This document shows, one piece after another, positions 22,623 through 36,834 of a stretch of DNA of 64,000 nt. How positions within the stretch are numbered: the stretch's first letter is position 1; the number at the start of each line of letters is the position of its first letter. Source of the DNA: Penicillus capitatus (lineage: Eukaryota; Plantae; Chlorophyta); NCBI GenBank assembly GCA_965649825.1, contig OZ287697.1, positions 1,784,351 through 1,848,350 on the forward strand, given 5' to 3'. Below the pieces are notes generated by a model, which was not told the DNA's origin, ran no database searches, and was given only the letters and a program-made list of their open reading frames with translations. The translations under genes and the position numbers were made by a program.

Positions 22623-24700
22623 ATGAACGACAAGTTGTTGCGGAGATTGCTCTTCAGTGAAGTCGAAACGCCACACGGTAAGAGTTGCTATTTGGAGAGA
22701 GTCGCGTTAGATATGTGGAAGCAAGAATGCTCTCGCCTGTGCCACGCGAACAGTCTTGTCAAAACGACAGAAGCGAAAGGCGAGACTTCCCCTTGGATAC
22801 ATAAAACGAGGAGGGCGTTGAGTATAACAACCTCTGCTGTTTCCCGAGGGAGATTCGGAGACGGTGGGAAAGGAACGATACAGCAAACGTACGCGACTGA
22901 GGATAGACCATTGAGCAGAGTGGCAATGTTTGTGCTGTCATCAAACTGCGTCAGATGAGTCACGATCGAATCCGCTGCAACGGTAATCGGGAAAGACGAC
23001 ATTAGATACGTGCGGTATGCTGCGACAGGGCATCGCTGATGTGACATTTCGCTCGCGTTTGACGCTGAAGTGTACCTCCGCAATGGATCCACGTTTGTTT
23101 AACATTCCTTTTCAGAAAGACACGTTCATGTTTTGGGTATGCGTTCAATATTGACGGCTGTTTGCAATGGCACTTAGACTTGGGAAGCCATCTGACGAAG
23201 TTGGAGATTGTCTAGATATGCAAAACGAAGAAGATTTATGTGTCGGACAACGTTGTGATACCATTTAAAGCAACGTTTGCATCGATAGCGGCATATGCCA
23301 CGAAATGTTGATGTTGAGGAGACGTTATCCATTTAAACTATGCATAGACACAATTGAAAGACATTTCAACACAGTTGTAGGCGGGGGGAGGTTGTCGTCA
23401 AGAGCTATTAAAACGAACGTCCAGTTCTTAATCTTCAAATTACGCGAGATGGTTGACTCAATCCGGCACCTTGTCACAGTCATCGAGCGAAAGACAATGT
23501 TGGATATGCACACATCGTTAGGATTTCTAGGCTTCCACGTTGCGCAACAGATTTTCAAGTTATCTTACTTATCGTCGTTGTAGATGACGTGTTGGTCAGA
23601 TGTATTTATTATGTTTTAGCGTTCTTGAACCTCATTTACACGTTCCAAGTTTTCAATAGATACGGGCAACAGAATCAACGCAATAGTAGATGGGAACTTT
23701 AAGTAGTTGGCCGTCAACATATTTGAAGGCTTTGAACTCAATTGTTTAATATGTGGGTGGATTCAATTGGGTTCTCTTGGCGTTGTGTTGCCGCGACTCC
23801 AGTTGCGTGACGTAAAATTTAAAGTTAAAACTCCGCTCTGTCGCATGAGACATCCATAAACCTTAATCGGAATTCCTGAACTGAGACATTTAGAGGACCA
23901 TGTTCATTACTGTTTGTTGCATTATTTGCGAGGAAAAGTGAAGATGTTATGCGATGTTTGCGAAGAAGAGTCCCGTGATGGTATTCGTTGGTCAACTTGA
24001 GAGACAGACATTTGAATTTCGGAAGCCAAACAAACCAAACTACCAAACATGAACACCCAACTTCACTAGACGTAAAGTTGTAAACCTGAAATAGATCGAA
24101 TAGGAAGATTGTGTGTTGGGGAGTTCTTTCTAATCGGTCTTTGCGAATCTGTCGAGAATTCTTCTTTCGTGAACTTATCCTTTGGGAGGCATTTACGATT
24201 GCACATTGATTGTTTAGGCGCGCAGCTTATACTTCGTCAATATCGAATGGAAGAAATGGTACTTTTAATTCGCATCTGGAACGTGCCTTTTGCTTTACAG
24301 TTTATGTTGGATGCTAATTTGGGAAGGCTCTTATGTACCTATGGCAAAGGACCATTATTCTGTCTTCTGACATTACAATAAAACTGAACGTGGCGATTTG
24401 AAAAACATACCCAACTTACGACGAAGGCGTATTGCCCAAAGTGCTTGAAGTAGCAAGGAAAGGAAAAAGACGCTAGCTGGTTGCTCCTCAAAACGCAAAA
24501 GTAGAGAGTTTATGGAATCTCGCGTGTAACATTATTGTCCACTGTTGCTGTCAAGAGCGAAAATTCTGTCTCACATCCACAATGGTTAAAGAGGTCATGG
24601 AATTGTTTTGTGTAGACTTCTTGAACCTGCCATAATTATGCGCAAGAACTCGCGAGGCAAACCCCAATAAAAACCCACGTTAATCTTACGTGGTGAGTGA
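22623..24700 (+). pseudogene. Possible heavily decayed F-box/LRR gene
   Basis: Stop-riddled fragments resemble the local family: NDKLLRRLL...MWKQECSRL (cf. NDLLLTKTL...WSKVCNQL), QIFKLSYLSSL, YSLVNLRDRHL, FRELIL. AT-rich context. Boundaries are approximate. Confidence 0.3.
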
Positions 24701-27259
24701 GTATTGATCGGCCATTAAGAAGATAAGCAAAGCTTGATTTGACATTACTTGCATTCTTCTTCTCTTGAACTTAGTGGCTGTCGTGGATAATAAGTAAGTG
24801 CGGAGTTGGATGGCACACCCGTTTACATTTTTGACAACAAGCGGTAAAACAATGTTGCTTTCACATATTCTCTTGCATTCGAGAAAAAAGAATCATGTAT
24901 CGAGGCTATGAAGTGAATTTCAAGAGCCTCGAACGTGGCGCAGTTCTACGTATGATTGGAAGGTGTGGTCATTTCGATGATGTCGCAAAAGATTCTGGGA
25001 CATCTTTTCGTTAAATCCTACCTCGCCAACTCTCAAAACACCGACGGGACGAGGCGCAACTTCTCCACCCAACAACACCCCACCCGTCGCACCAAAAGCA
25101 GACTTAAAGAGACACCCGCATCGCCTTGTCTTTACGTTTTGCTATTTGCACTCGTCCCAGTTCCATTCGACGTTATCTTAACGGACCCATCTACATAGTT
25201 TCTATGATGATAGATTTTCAAACCACAAGTGACTTTGATACCCCCAAATTTCTCAAACATACATCCTGCACTTTTCGATGAATCCCCGGGTTCTTTTACG
25301 CTAATATTGTACTTCGAAGCCGCGAGGCTCATACATTCAAAAGAAGAAGAGTATTAAGTGCGACACCAATAGAAGCCAAAAGAAAACTCCGTGCAGACGT
25401 TCTCTAGACGAGGTTTAAGGATGTGGGGTGAAGAACCAACAATGTGATGGATGTTCTAGCAAAACATGTTTTGCATCAAGCGCTATGAGCGATCGCGTTG
25501 CAACTGCAACGTTATAACACCTGTGAGGGATATCAGCATTAAGTGCCTAGCTCAAACATTACAAAACGATACAATCCCTGGCTCGTTTCCTTATAACTCT
25601 CCACTCTCATTGGTCACTCATGGAGTCTTAGCCCATTGTACCAGAATTGCAGCCTCGAAGCACCAGAATTCTCCGTACACGGATTCCCTCAGATTTCGAG
25701 ACGGATACGGAACCCCCAAGATTCTGTTCCAATAGTACTCTAGGCCCCATCTGCACGCGGGCTTCCCTCGAGCAAACACGAATCTTTCACTACGATTTCC
25801 TCCTGATGGTCGATTAACACGATTACGATTGTTGCTTGTATCCCTGCCCGAAATGCCACTGGCAACCGGGCTTTAATCACACCATTCACACACATCTGCG
25901 AGGGACATATGTTTATCAATGATCGATCCCAAGTAATATTTAACTCGAAAATAAACGCGCTTCGCACAAACGAAAAACTCTAGAAACAATATGAAAGTCG
26001 CCTAACAAACTTTTTGTCAAAACGATTACAAAGGATCGACCACAACTTGAACTCTCTACTTTCCCAAAATATGATTCGGGTATTTAGATAGCAATATCAC
26101 AATTTCTCGGAAGAGACAGATATTATAGTCACAATCTTAGTTTCAACATTTGTTCAATCGTTGCGTACGTACATTACGCCGATTTGCTCTTTTTATAAAC
26201 TTAATCTCAAAGACGTCGACGCTTGTTGGGAGGTGACCTTCAGCGGATCGTCCGTCATAGTTATTAGAGTGAGACAGAAGGAATACGGATGCTAGTCTTA
26301 ATAGCAATATTATTGATATGTGTGAGTTGGTATTTTCTTTACCGTTCCCCATCATCTCCACTTCCTGAAATTCAGAAGAGAGGCAATTTTTGTTGACTTC
26401 AATTTAGTCTTGTCCTAGACTTAGACCCTTGTTTATGAGATGCTTATAAAATAGGATGACGGAATGATCGTGTGTACGCACGCGCGCCAGTCAGGGTTCT
26501 ACGAACATGTTCGCGTTTTCGCTGGATGTGTTAGTTGATTGGCAGCTGATAGAGAAAAGAATCGAGCGGGGGTGAAGCAAAAAAGATAATCAAAGAAAAT
26601 GATGGACTGACGCGAGTTGGTAGAATATGAAAATCGAAACTGCAAAAAAATGTGTTGAAAACGAAGAAAGAAGAATCACTTTTGGTTGCCACGAACCTGC
26701 GTCTGAACGCAGACACACTTAATGATAGAGCGGCGATCGGGTTTATCTGGTCATGCACAGCAAAACGCTTGGCAGGACAATGACGATATCATAAAGTAAG
26801 GACAGCAAATCTCAAAAAACTCAGAAACGAATCAGAATTCGCTTTATACACAGCACAGATTAGACGACATTCGAAATCACATTTGATGGATGGATGTACA
26901 GATTTCTGTCTTCGGCGACAACCTGTTTTACCGGGGTATGAGGAGGTAGGTGTCTTCGATGAAAGTACACATGTGGCCTCAGAACTAATGACTGTTGCAG
27001 AGACCGTTATTAGACATTTAAGCGATCATCGCTAAAACGACCTTGTCGGTTCCCTCCGTCACAGAGAAAACGTAGACGTCACGAACTTTGGATCGATGAG
27101 GTATGCTGAACGTGTGCGTTAGATCTCTTGCTCGTCCGCGACTGCAAGCCTTTACCGTTCCGTTCTTTTCTGAAGAAGACACGTTCTTTTTGTCGGCTGC
27201 GGTGAAGTTCAGGTCGCGGATATCTATGGTCGTTGCTCAGTTGGGTACGAAACTTTCCT

Positions 27260-27290
27260 TGCGGTGCGGTGCGGTGCGGTGCGGTGCGGT
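27260..27290. repeat. Pentanucleotide microsatellite (GCGGT)6
   Basis: Perfect gcggt x6 at 27261-27290. Confidence 0.95.
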
Positions 27291-29099
27291 CGACTAAGAA
27301 CCACAAACAGTCGACGCGAGAAAATGCATTTCATTTTCTGCATCACCACCGTCATCTCGTTTCGTGGCATTGTGGACGTCGTCTGTAAAGAATCCCTGGC
27401 GATGCAATCGTCGTCGCAAAGAAAAACGACGATTCCGGGGAACAAAGAGTCGCATTGCTTAATGACCCAACGGCCGTAATAATGTCCGCAATGCAAGCAA
27501 CGAGATCTAGTTGGCCTCCAAAGATCACGGAGGTCACTGTCAGAACGTCCAGTCCGAAGACGCTACACCGACTCCCTTTTGCGATTGTGCTGCGCTTTCG
27601 GGTATGGAGACACTCTGCCCTCTACTATCCCTTGCGTCCTGCAGCGTGCCGTGCTCTCAAAGGGCGAATGAAGCGCGAGTAAACGATGGATTCATGCTTC
27701 GGTGTGCGAAATAGACTCCAGGACGAATCGGTTGCCCATCACTTTTCGATCACACTATGCGGATACCACTCACTCACCCACTGTTCGCACTGTATTCTTT
27801 GCGTCAAACGGTCTTGGTTCTCTTACTGTCGTCGTTTCTAAGTTCTGTTCTACGTGTTTGCCATGGACATGAGTCACCGTCATTCCCGCAACGTGACACC
27901 GCTGCAATGTTGACAGCGATTTAGCGTGTGGAGTCGTCACGTGGTGGATGCTAACACGTGCCTATGGCATCCCGTTTTGACGCCTTCTTGCTGCATGTGC
28001 AGTTCTGAAGCTTCATATTGGATCCAATGGCGGGCTTCGCTGCGCGTTCATCTGACAACCCAACAGTCGCGTGGACTCATAAAGCACGAACACGCGACTG
28101 CCTCGATGGTCCGAGAGACAACCGCGTTCCGTTTTCCGGTCTCTACGGTTTGCGAACAGATCGCAGCGTTCTGCGGAACTTGCTTCAGTGAGTTTATGGT
28201 CGAACAAAGTATACCAACGGCAGGCCGCCGCAGTGACATCTGTCGAAAAAGCGCAAATGTCCCTTCCCGATGGCAGCACGAGAGCCACACTTCCCCTCAG
28301 GCAGGCAAGGGCAATGAAAAAACACAAGAGCCGTTGTCGATATCGACAGAGACTCGTCGCGTCAGACAAGCCTTGAGATCTCGTTCTCTACTGGCCGTTG
28401 TTTGAGTGTTTTACTTGAAGCGTCTTGCGAGATAACGCATCGGCACAGACCATCACCCTACGCATTGTTTCGCCCCTAAATGGATGTGGAGTTCTTCATT
28501 TGCCTCCTGGCATGTGAGTTTAGATTAGTCATTTTTCTCGCACCAGCGCCACGTATCAACAGACAAAGTGAAGCGTGTACAGACTGGTTCGGCATAGGAG
28601 TCCCTAACGCTCGTTCAGGTTTGTTGTCACTGTTTGAGTCTGACAACGAGTGAGGGCAGATTGCTTCACAGGAGTGAGTGAAGAATTCAAGAGAGAAAGA
28701 GAGAGTCTAGAGACGACGAAGACCGATCGAACAGTGTCGGCGGAGATCGCGGCGAGTGGTGTAAAGCTAAGCTATTACAACTTTTATGGGCTGTCGATGT
28801 TTTTATCCTTTCTTATCAAGTATGCAAGAAAGCTGCCCCTACATGTGTCGACCATCCAGCATTAAAAGTACGGAGAAACTATACTATTATCCCCTTTGTT
28901 AAACGCCAAGTGACACAAAGATTTAAGTGCCACGCGACAATGTCTATAACGAAGAATTGAAACGTCAGTTAAGTTTGAGAAATCACCTACGACGAACATG
29001 TTTTGGCAACATCATGAAAATCGCTTCGCTCTCACGACGACACAAAGCAAATAAAATGACAAACGAGAAGATTTTTGAAATCCAGAAGATTTCGTACTT

Positions 29100-30792
29100 C
29101 TACCCTCGCTTTGTGAGTACGGTGGTGGATTCGGACCAGAACTGTACGGCTTTAAGCGACCTCAGACATGGGAATCTTTGGAATACCATTCTCTCTTTGC
29201 TCTTTGTCAACGGCGAACAACGGATCCTCAGATATCCGAGACGAAGAAACGAACCCTCTGCAAAAGACTCCAGCAAATGGATTTCTCTGCCAGCGTCGAG
29301 GGATAGTCGGCGAAGCTGGTGTAACACCGTCAGCTGTCGGATGAAAGCATCCGAAACGACATTATCTGGATTACTGACGTAGCATAATTCTGTCAATCGC
29401 GGTAAACTTGCAAGCACCTGGATAAGGCCAGATTCAAAATGCTTCTTGTGTCCCACTGACAAAGAAGTGAGATTGGAACATCTAGAAAACGCGGCGACTG
29501 GAAAGGTGTCCAGATACCCTGCATTTAGCACTAGCCTTTCCAGGAGGTGCAGATTGGCCAGGGAGTCTCCCAGGATTGCCTTTCTCCCCTGCCTCTCTAC
29601 GAGGCAGAGCTCCACCAGATTCGTTAGCCGACTGATGTCTCTGGTTACTCTCGGACCTATGATCGTCAGAGCTGTCAAGAACGATAGCTTTGGGATGGGA
29701 CAGTCGAGGTCACGGCGGCGTCCGGACTGCCAATCTTGCACTTCGATTCTCAGTGTCTTGAGAGCCGTCAGTCTGGAGATGGCATTCCAGGCCTTCGATT
29801 TGTCGAAGACGCCAGCTGCCAGGATGAGCGTTCTCAAACCAGCCATACGGCCAAGCGTGGAGAAGAAGCCTGTTTCTTGTTGGATCTCTGTCATGTTTGA
29901 ACTGCTCACTGCGAGTTCCTTCAGATGGGTGAAGGTCTGCAGGATTGTCCAATAGTCTCTGTAGGTGCACAAACGGTTCACGTGTAGCGCTAATGAATGG
30001 AGCCAAGGAGCGTAGCCGGTGATGCACTGCACAGAATGAAAGACTGGCGACAGAGAAAGCGTGATCTGGGTGACTCACTTGCAGAAGAGATTCAATTGAG
30101 TTTCTTCCGACGTCTACCTCCAGTCTCGTCAAATTCTGACCTGGTGGAAAAAGCAAGTCTCCGCTGTTGTTGATCAGGAAAACGCGAGAGATGTGAAGTT
30201 CCTGCAGTTTGTTAAGCTGTGTGATGGGGTTGACATATGAACCGTGTGCGATCGTCGAGTGTAGCTGCAGCTTGGTCAGATTTGACAGATGCTTCAAGGA
30301 TGCGCGGATGTGGGTCACACAGCACGACGTGTTTCGAAGGCAGAGGGTCTCCAGCTGCGCCAGTGCAGCAAAGTACCCGGGAAGCAGTTCATAGACAATA
30401 CTTGACGTTGACGCCAGATTTAGTTCCAACTGCCTCAACTGCTCGAGATGCGTCAATGAATAAAACGCCTCGACAAGTCTTCCAAAACGAAAGTCACTGG
30501 AAGACGACAGCCGGACAGCACGTGGAAATTTTGACGACGCTTGAACGATTCCCGCGAATGGAACGTTCGTGAGACTGACGGGAAGACCTCTGCACACCTC
30601 GTTCCATTTCCGACAGACAAGGCGACATTCATGAAGTCCAAAATCGACCAGATGATGCAGCAGCTTGGACAAGAAGAGCTCGTTTTCGAGCAATGCGCTG
30701 AGTGGATGTTCTGGGACATCCTCGGAATGTGTCCGTCGACGCGACAGTACCGGGAAACATTCTTCGAGGTTGTCAAACGACCGTCTCTTCAT
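29100..30792 (-). CDS. F-box-like / leucine-rich-repeat protein B (recent duplicate of A)
   Basis: Same start context (MKRRSFDNLEEC), same F-box-like motif and a 52-nt intron (30078-30027) at the same position as gene A. Long DNA stretches are identical to 19.8-21.5 kb. Confidence 0.85.
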
Positions 30793-31399
30793 CCAAATTT
30801 GCTGAGCTGACAAGTCAATAAACCAGAAATGTGGAAAAAGCGAGCTAGCTCGTTGGCGACAAACTTGATCTGTCAACAAACAGCATGTAAAGAGCAGCGA
30901 TATATGAACGTTACACCAGATTTGACAGGTGGGCACTGCTGAGCCTGACGTCATGACTGATGTTTACGCAACGAAGCACCGAAAGAGCGCAGCAAGCTTC
31001 CTGCTGACGGCAAAAAGTCTGTCAATCACGACAAGGTCGACCGGCGAAACGGACGGACCACAAGCTATTTTTCACCAGTGGTCTTTGGGGTTTCGCGTGT
31101 GCCTCGTTTTAGATCGGTCTCTTCGTAATTCATCTCTCTGCATGAACCTTCTCTACATCTGATTCGAAGGTTCGTTCGATGGCCACTGTTCTGTTGCATT
31201 CAGATCTTCTTGTGTGCAGCCTAGAAAATGTTTCACTGCAAAATGTGACTTCTTGTATGCTCATCTAGATGTCTTTGCAAATCTGCCGAGTTTCGGAGAC
31301 ATTCCCTGCGATATGAAACCTCCATGGCTGGTAAAACCGTTATCTCCTTTAACTGTACCAACTTCGTTTAACTGTTCGAGCGATGGCTTTCTTCAGTAG

Positions 31400-32884
31400 G
31401 CCTGCATGTCGACCTCAGTTATGAGTGTACAATTCACTGAGCAACGTACTCGGTACAAGAAGAAAGGAAACGGCCAAGTGACATGGCAGGAGAGTGAAAA
31501 CGCCGTTTCCCAAGACCCCGAGGCCGATAAAGAACGCCTCAAGACACTATCCCCTCGCATATGCAACAAAGGGATAATTTCGCGAGTCGTGCAACAACGG
31601 AGGAGTCGGAGCTGCTCTTCTGTCCTGCCGTCATTCCTTGTCGCAGCAGATCGAGGAATCGACGTCAAGCGACAAACGCTAACGAACACCTTCCACACTA
31701 ACGACCTGTCGTTTCAAACGCACCCAATCCATATGCTACTCGGAGAGGGCTCTCTGGGTATTTTCATCACAATCAAAAGTGGCACAGCGGAAAGGATATC
31801 TGGCAGGAGCAGTCCTGGACGGTAGATGCACTTGGCGAAAGAAAGAGCACTGTTCACATCTATTCAGCATCTGAGATCGCTTTTGGTCAGATCTTCGGCA
31901 CAGATGGCGTCCGAAGAGACCTTCTCAGATTTTGCCTATCGAAACGGTTGCGATATTCCTTATCCTATCTGAGTGCATTAGTTTCCAGACCTTTCTAGAG
32001 TTGGCATTGTGGATCCTTTCCCGTATTGCCCGTGTAGATACCGTTAGGATGCTTCATATGATTGATGTTCGTGGGAATCGAACATCAAATGGAGTCCATT
32101 TCCTGGCCATCTCAAAATGAAGCCGGAGAGATCATACACTATCAGCCCTCCAAAATTGCAGACTTGACCGCTTCTACTGTCCAACATACAGATTTCTTAC
32201 TGTGCTTGATTGCCTCTGAAGGAACAGAGGTCACGGCCAGTGGATATTAAAAGAGCAGGAGCGATCTCCAATAGTGATTCTGGGGGAAGGTCCTTCGGAA
32301 GGTCTCTGTGAGACGTTCGGGTGCAGATGTCAAGAACAAGACAGGATGCATCTGCCTCGAAGATACATCGTCCTTGCTGTTCTGCTTCAATCGCATCATC
32401 GTCGATCACGTTCAGCGAAACTGCAGCGAATTAGCAATCGTATGCCACTGGTTTTTACGTCCCATGCCGATGTCGACGCGTGCGTCTCCGAAAAAGCCGC
32501 CGCGCGTCTGTCCGCGTTGTCGAAGACTCAGCACACGGCTCCGCCCAAACCATCACTAACAGTTTATACGGTCTTGGACCGACGAACCATCCCGATGTTC
32601 GTACGGAGGGCTGCAGAAAGCAGATCTCTTTTTCGCGCAACGTTATTGTTAATATCGCGGGAGGCGGACTTCACTGGAATCTCGGGTTTTTCAAGCTCGG
32701 AGGCTGAGAGGTGATATGCACCGTCGAGACATGTTGGCGATGCTTTCTTATGGACTGAGATCACTTTTCGCAACAGATTCCACTTTCGGCATTGTGGTGT
32801 CTGCGACATGGGAAAGATATGACATTGGCGGCCGTTTTTGGTCAAGATCCACTTCTTAACAACGCTGGCGGCAGGTGGGAACAA
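31400..32884 (-). pseudogene. Probable decayed paralog of the ARM-like gene at 63414
   Basis: Interrupted frames give LLSAALRTNIGMV, LVLDICTRTS and SLLEIAPALL, which line up in order with LLRAAVKRNNINDL, LVTDTCSTLS and SLIYVRPAVY of the 63414 ORF. Many in-frame stops. Confidence 0.4.
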
Positions 32885-35601
32885 TTGATGAGCTTAGTCG
32901 ATCGAGATCCTTGTTGCGCCGCAAGGATTGGACAGAAGGTTCGACATGCGGTGCTGTAGAAAGAGAGAGTGATTGACATAGATGAGAGATCAGCCTGACG
33001 GTTTGTTAAGAACTTTATCGAGGCGGCGACTGACGGTGACGTCTGATGTGACTATTCGACGCCTCTTTCAAAGAAAGACTGGTTGGTCTGCCACAGAAGC
33101 AGAGAAGTCATGACAACTGTCAATGTCTGGCAAAATATCCGGCAAAGTGAGCCGCGTTGCGTATGTGTGTGACTGCATCCACGTCAGCGACGAACACGCG
33201 ATTTCTTGGTGTTAGTGAGAAGCAACACTCCAAGAGAACTCAGTCATTACTGTTTTCTTTGTGACTTCTGAAGCAGACCACTCCGCTCCAAGAACTTTAC
33301 AGTCATGTGTCCCGTCAGTCATTATCTTTTGATTCTGTCGTCTATGAGTCGATGTCAGTGAAAACGCCACCGCATTGCAGAGAACACTCTCTCGCAATGT
33401 GTAGAAGGAACGTATCACCTGTTGGGACAATCGAACTGTGGCGTAGTCAAGTCAGCGCCTTCTGCTGAGGGCGGAAGTCTCGTAGACGATACCTAGAAAA
33501 TCGCACTTTTATTCGTGTTCCTCTGAAGAATTTTGGGAGGTAACGGATACCCTTCGAGCTGCTGGTGATTGAATGGTCGGCATCATCGAATGCGTATGTT
33601 CGAAGACCGTTGCTTAAACAAACCACGACTGCGCCGCCAGGAATACATACTTCGTCCGAATCCCTGATATCCTCTTTATTTTAAGTAGGTTTGATTAAAC
33701 GGCCGACTAGCAAAGAGTGCCTCGCTAAACGTAGCGGTAAACTGTCAGAAGAGATATAATATAGATCGGAAGTTGTGCATTCATTTGTGTAATCGAAACC
33801 GAATCTGTCGGTTTCCTTATCTTTGTTCATAAGATGAGCGTCCAAGATAGACAAAGGGACCAAGGTTCTTCAAGAGATGCCAAAGGCTCTTGCGGGCCAG
33901 TAAAATGTAGATGATCTGTTTTAAGTCCTCGAATAAACGTCGCGTGTATCATGATTCTTGAAAACGAACGTTAGCGCATCATCGTGATGCATTATTGGTC
34001 GAGGTTGTAAGAATGAGGTACTTCGTAATGCGGTCACCCTTGTGAATTGCTAAAGTGAAGGACACGGGACGGAGGAACGAACAGAGTATACCTTGATTAT
34101 AGTTCCGCAACGGATGATCGAACGACAATTGCTAAGACATTGTTCAGCCTTTACAAAATAATGATACAACCTCAGTTCGCAGCGCATTTCACCGTTTTCC
34201 GCGGACTGTCACATCATTTTCCGTCATCGCAATACAAAACACTATCACAAATTATGACGCGATGGTATGCGGTAATTGTTACAAGACAATTTGATTGTAA
34301 AGGTATCCACACTTGTTATGACCCTTAGGAAAGCGCTTCTAGATAGGAAAATTCGTTATTACTCGTTCGTCTGCGAAAGCTCTACAATTTCTTCAGTCAT
34401 TTAAGGCGTCTGCATCAACACAAGAAGGGACAAATAATAATGAAAGGATGATGGACGCCGCACTGTTTTTGGTGAGGTGTTTCTTCCTCTGTGAAGGCTG
34501 GGAGCTTTCGGGCGTTGCCCTTCTCTCGAATTAACACGCAGTCACATCAAGACAGAATCCGTTGATAAGTATGTTGGGACCGGCGCGACTGTCACCAGAC
34601 TGAAATCACGAATCTCTCAAAAGGTCATCATCCAACAACAATCAATCGATATAATCTGCGCCTTCATAAAGTAGATCATGGCATCTTTGTTTCTGGTGGG
34701 ATGTAGTGTAGATTCTTTCTGACCTCGTTTTTGGCTGACTTCAGCTCACTTCGTCTTCTTCTTCTGGTTCGCGGGCAATCCGTAGCGTAAAACGATTCTT
34801 CGACGTCGAAGAAGGCGGTTAGGTCGGAGCGAAGGCGTGCAAGGAAGTCTGTGCGCGCAGGGGAAGATGGCTGGCGACGAAACTGAGTCGGGGCGAGAAA
34901 GGCGACGTTGGACCAAAGTCGTCAAATGTAATCAGTGAAGAAAGATCTCCTCGAGATTGGGACAAGTCTACTCTTGTTGTGGGAGAAAAAAAATACAGCA
35001 GTCATCTGAGCACAAAGGCAGTCGGGAGTTATTCCCGTCCATACCACCCGCCCCCATGTCGATCTGTTTCGAAGAGTGGACGGTTTTTACACAATTAGCT
35101 GCCCGAATTTCTTAGGTGTTTTTCTTCTATTTCCCTTTACAAGGCATGGCACTTGTTTATTCAAACGCCATTTAAATGAGGAATTATATAAAGTAGTACA
35201 TCGTGGAATCATCGTACCACCCACCTTCGACATCAGAACCATTGCGAATCAAGCAGTCGGCTGAGAAATAGAGTTTTGCAGAGAGATGTAGTGGCTACAG
35301 GTTCGATTGCATGAGCTACATCAAAGCGCAATTTGCTCGCAGAGGATGTTCGGATGTGCACGCTGTGGAACTGATCTGTTTGATTTCGGAGTCACGTCAG
35401 ACCGATTAGATAAGAAGTGACGGTCTTCAGGTTTTGTATTGACTGATGACTCCCTGCAAGGGTTTTTCGCTTGATTATAACGTAAAAGCATTATACGCTC
35501 ACACAGCCCGGCATTTGTATATATGGAGCTTTTGGTTTCTTTTCTTTGAATGTAGAATTGACTTCAACTCCGTTGTGCAACGATCGATACCTTTATAAAA
35601 G

Positions 35602-36600
35602 TTGGCAAACACCACGTTTCTCTCTAGATCTTTTTGCTTGCTTCCCAGTCTCTCTCAAGAACAAAATGGGATAATCTTATTAAGACTCTTAATTAAGCTT
35701 TGTAGCCTTGAACACTCGAACGAGCTATATGATTGCAAGAGACCAATCCTTGATGCTAGCGGTCGTAAAGAATCCGCATCAAAATGCAGGCCGAACAAGG
35801 AATCCGATCGCGTAGACCTTTTCTCGACTGAAAGGGGTTTAGGACGTGTTGTAGTTGTTAGTGTGTGCTACATTCCCAGAGCATTGAGAGCAAAGTTAGA
35901 TATACATTATAGATTCTCAGTTTTGTTCGGGTAAGAAAGATGAAGGTATAGAACGAGGCGGAGTTTGTTTTTAGGGCGAAGACTAGGAAAAAATGAGGTC
36001 GTCTTGTCAACTAACGGTTGGAATAGCTGTTAATCAACAGAATGTGCAGAAGCATTGATAATTTTTTAGAATGGGATGACTAAGTTGTTAAAAATAGACA
36101 ACGAATAGGTTAACAGAATCTAATTAGTCGGCAAGGCTGTCTGTCAGAAGAAAATCTAAAGCTGTACAGCCAACTAACGGTTACTGCTTATAAGAAGTCA
36201 GGAGAAAGGTAATTGTAGTCGACTTGGCATAGCATACACAAGTTCCGATCGTCGACTTGAGAATATGAGAAGGGTTGTGCTGCTAGCTTGCTTGGAAGTA
36301 TCATTTAATTATCGTTTGTTCGAGTTACGACACAATTTGAATCCCAAAGTCCATCAAGACATCCTGGTGCGTGAAGAACAATTGCCCAAACTTATCCAGT
36401 GCCACATCCTTTAAATACTCTACAGATATCGTTCTCTGGCCAAATTCAACGTATCACCGGAAGTCTTCGTATAAACTGTGTTCCATAGTAAAGTGTACGG
36501 CAGGGTTTGCGGTAAACAAGGGAAGAGGCAGAGTCGTCAGACACGCTACGCTACGCTACTCACGTTTATGCCAAGAGGCAGAAAGGTGATACGTTTCGAT
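35602..36600 (+). pseudogene. Possible decayed LRR gene remnant
   Basis: Fragments LCSLEHSNEL, GMTKLLKID, LENMRRVVLL and QLPKLIQCHIL are LRR-like but separated by stops. AT-rich. Confidence 0.25.
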
Positions 36601-36834
36601 CGGTATACAAACCTTACTTGAGCTCCAAATGGAAATGACAGAAGCTGACAGACTCGTTGAAGAGAAGTCTTGAACGACGCCGCGACGCCACTGTCCTTCT
36701 TCGCGTAATCTATGGTCGCTTATCGTTGAAGTCGACTCGGCGACTCAGCCGCGAAGAAATGGAGGCTTTCTTGCAATGGGCGTGTTTAAAAAGAAAAGAT
36801 GATTCTGTTTGCACATACGGACATCAGAAAGCTT

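Noticed and set aside
24900-26400. Minus-strand fragments as a decayed Pmp-like gene or retroelement
   Set aside because: Only vague similarity. No RT (YxDD), integrase or transposase motifs, and no LTRs, TIRs or target-site duplications were visible.
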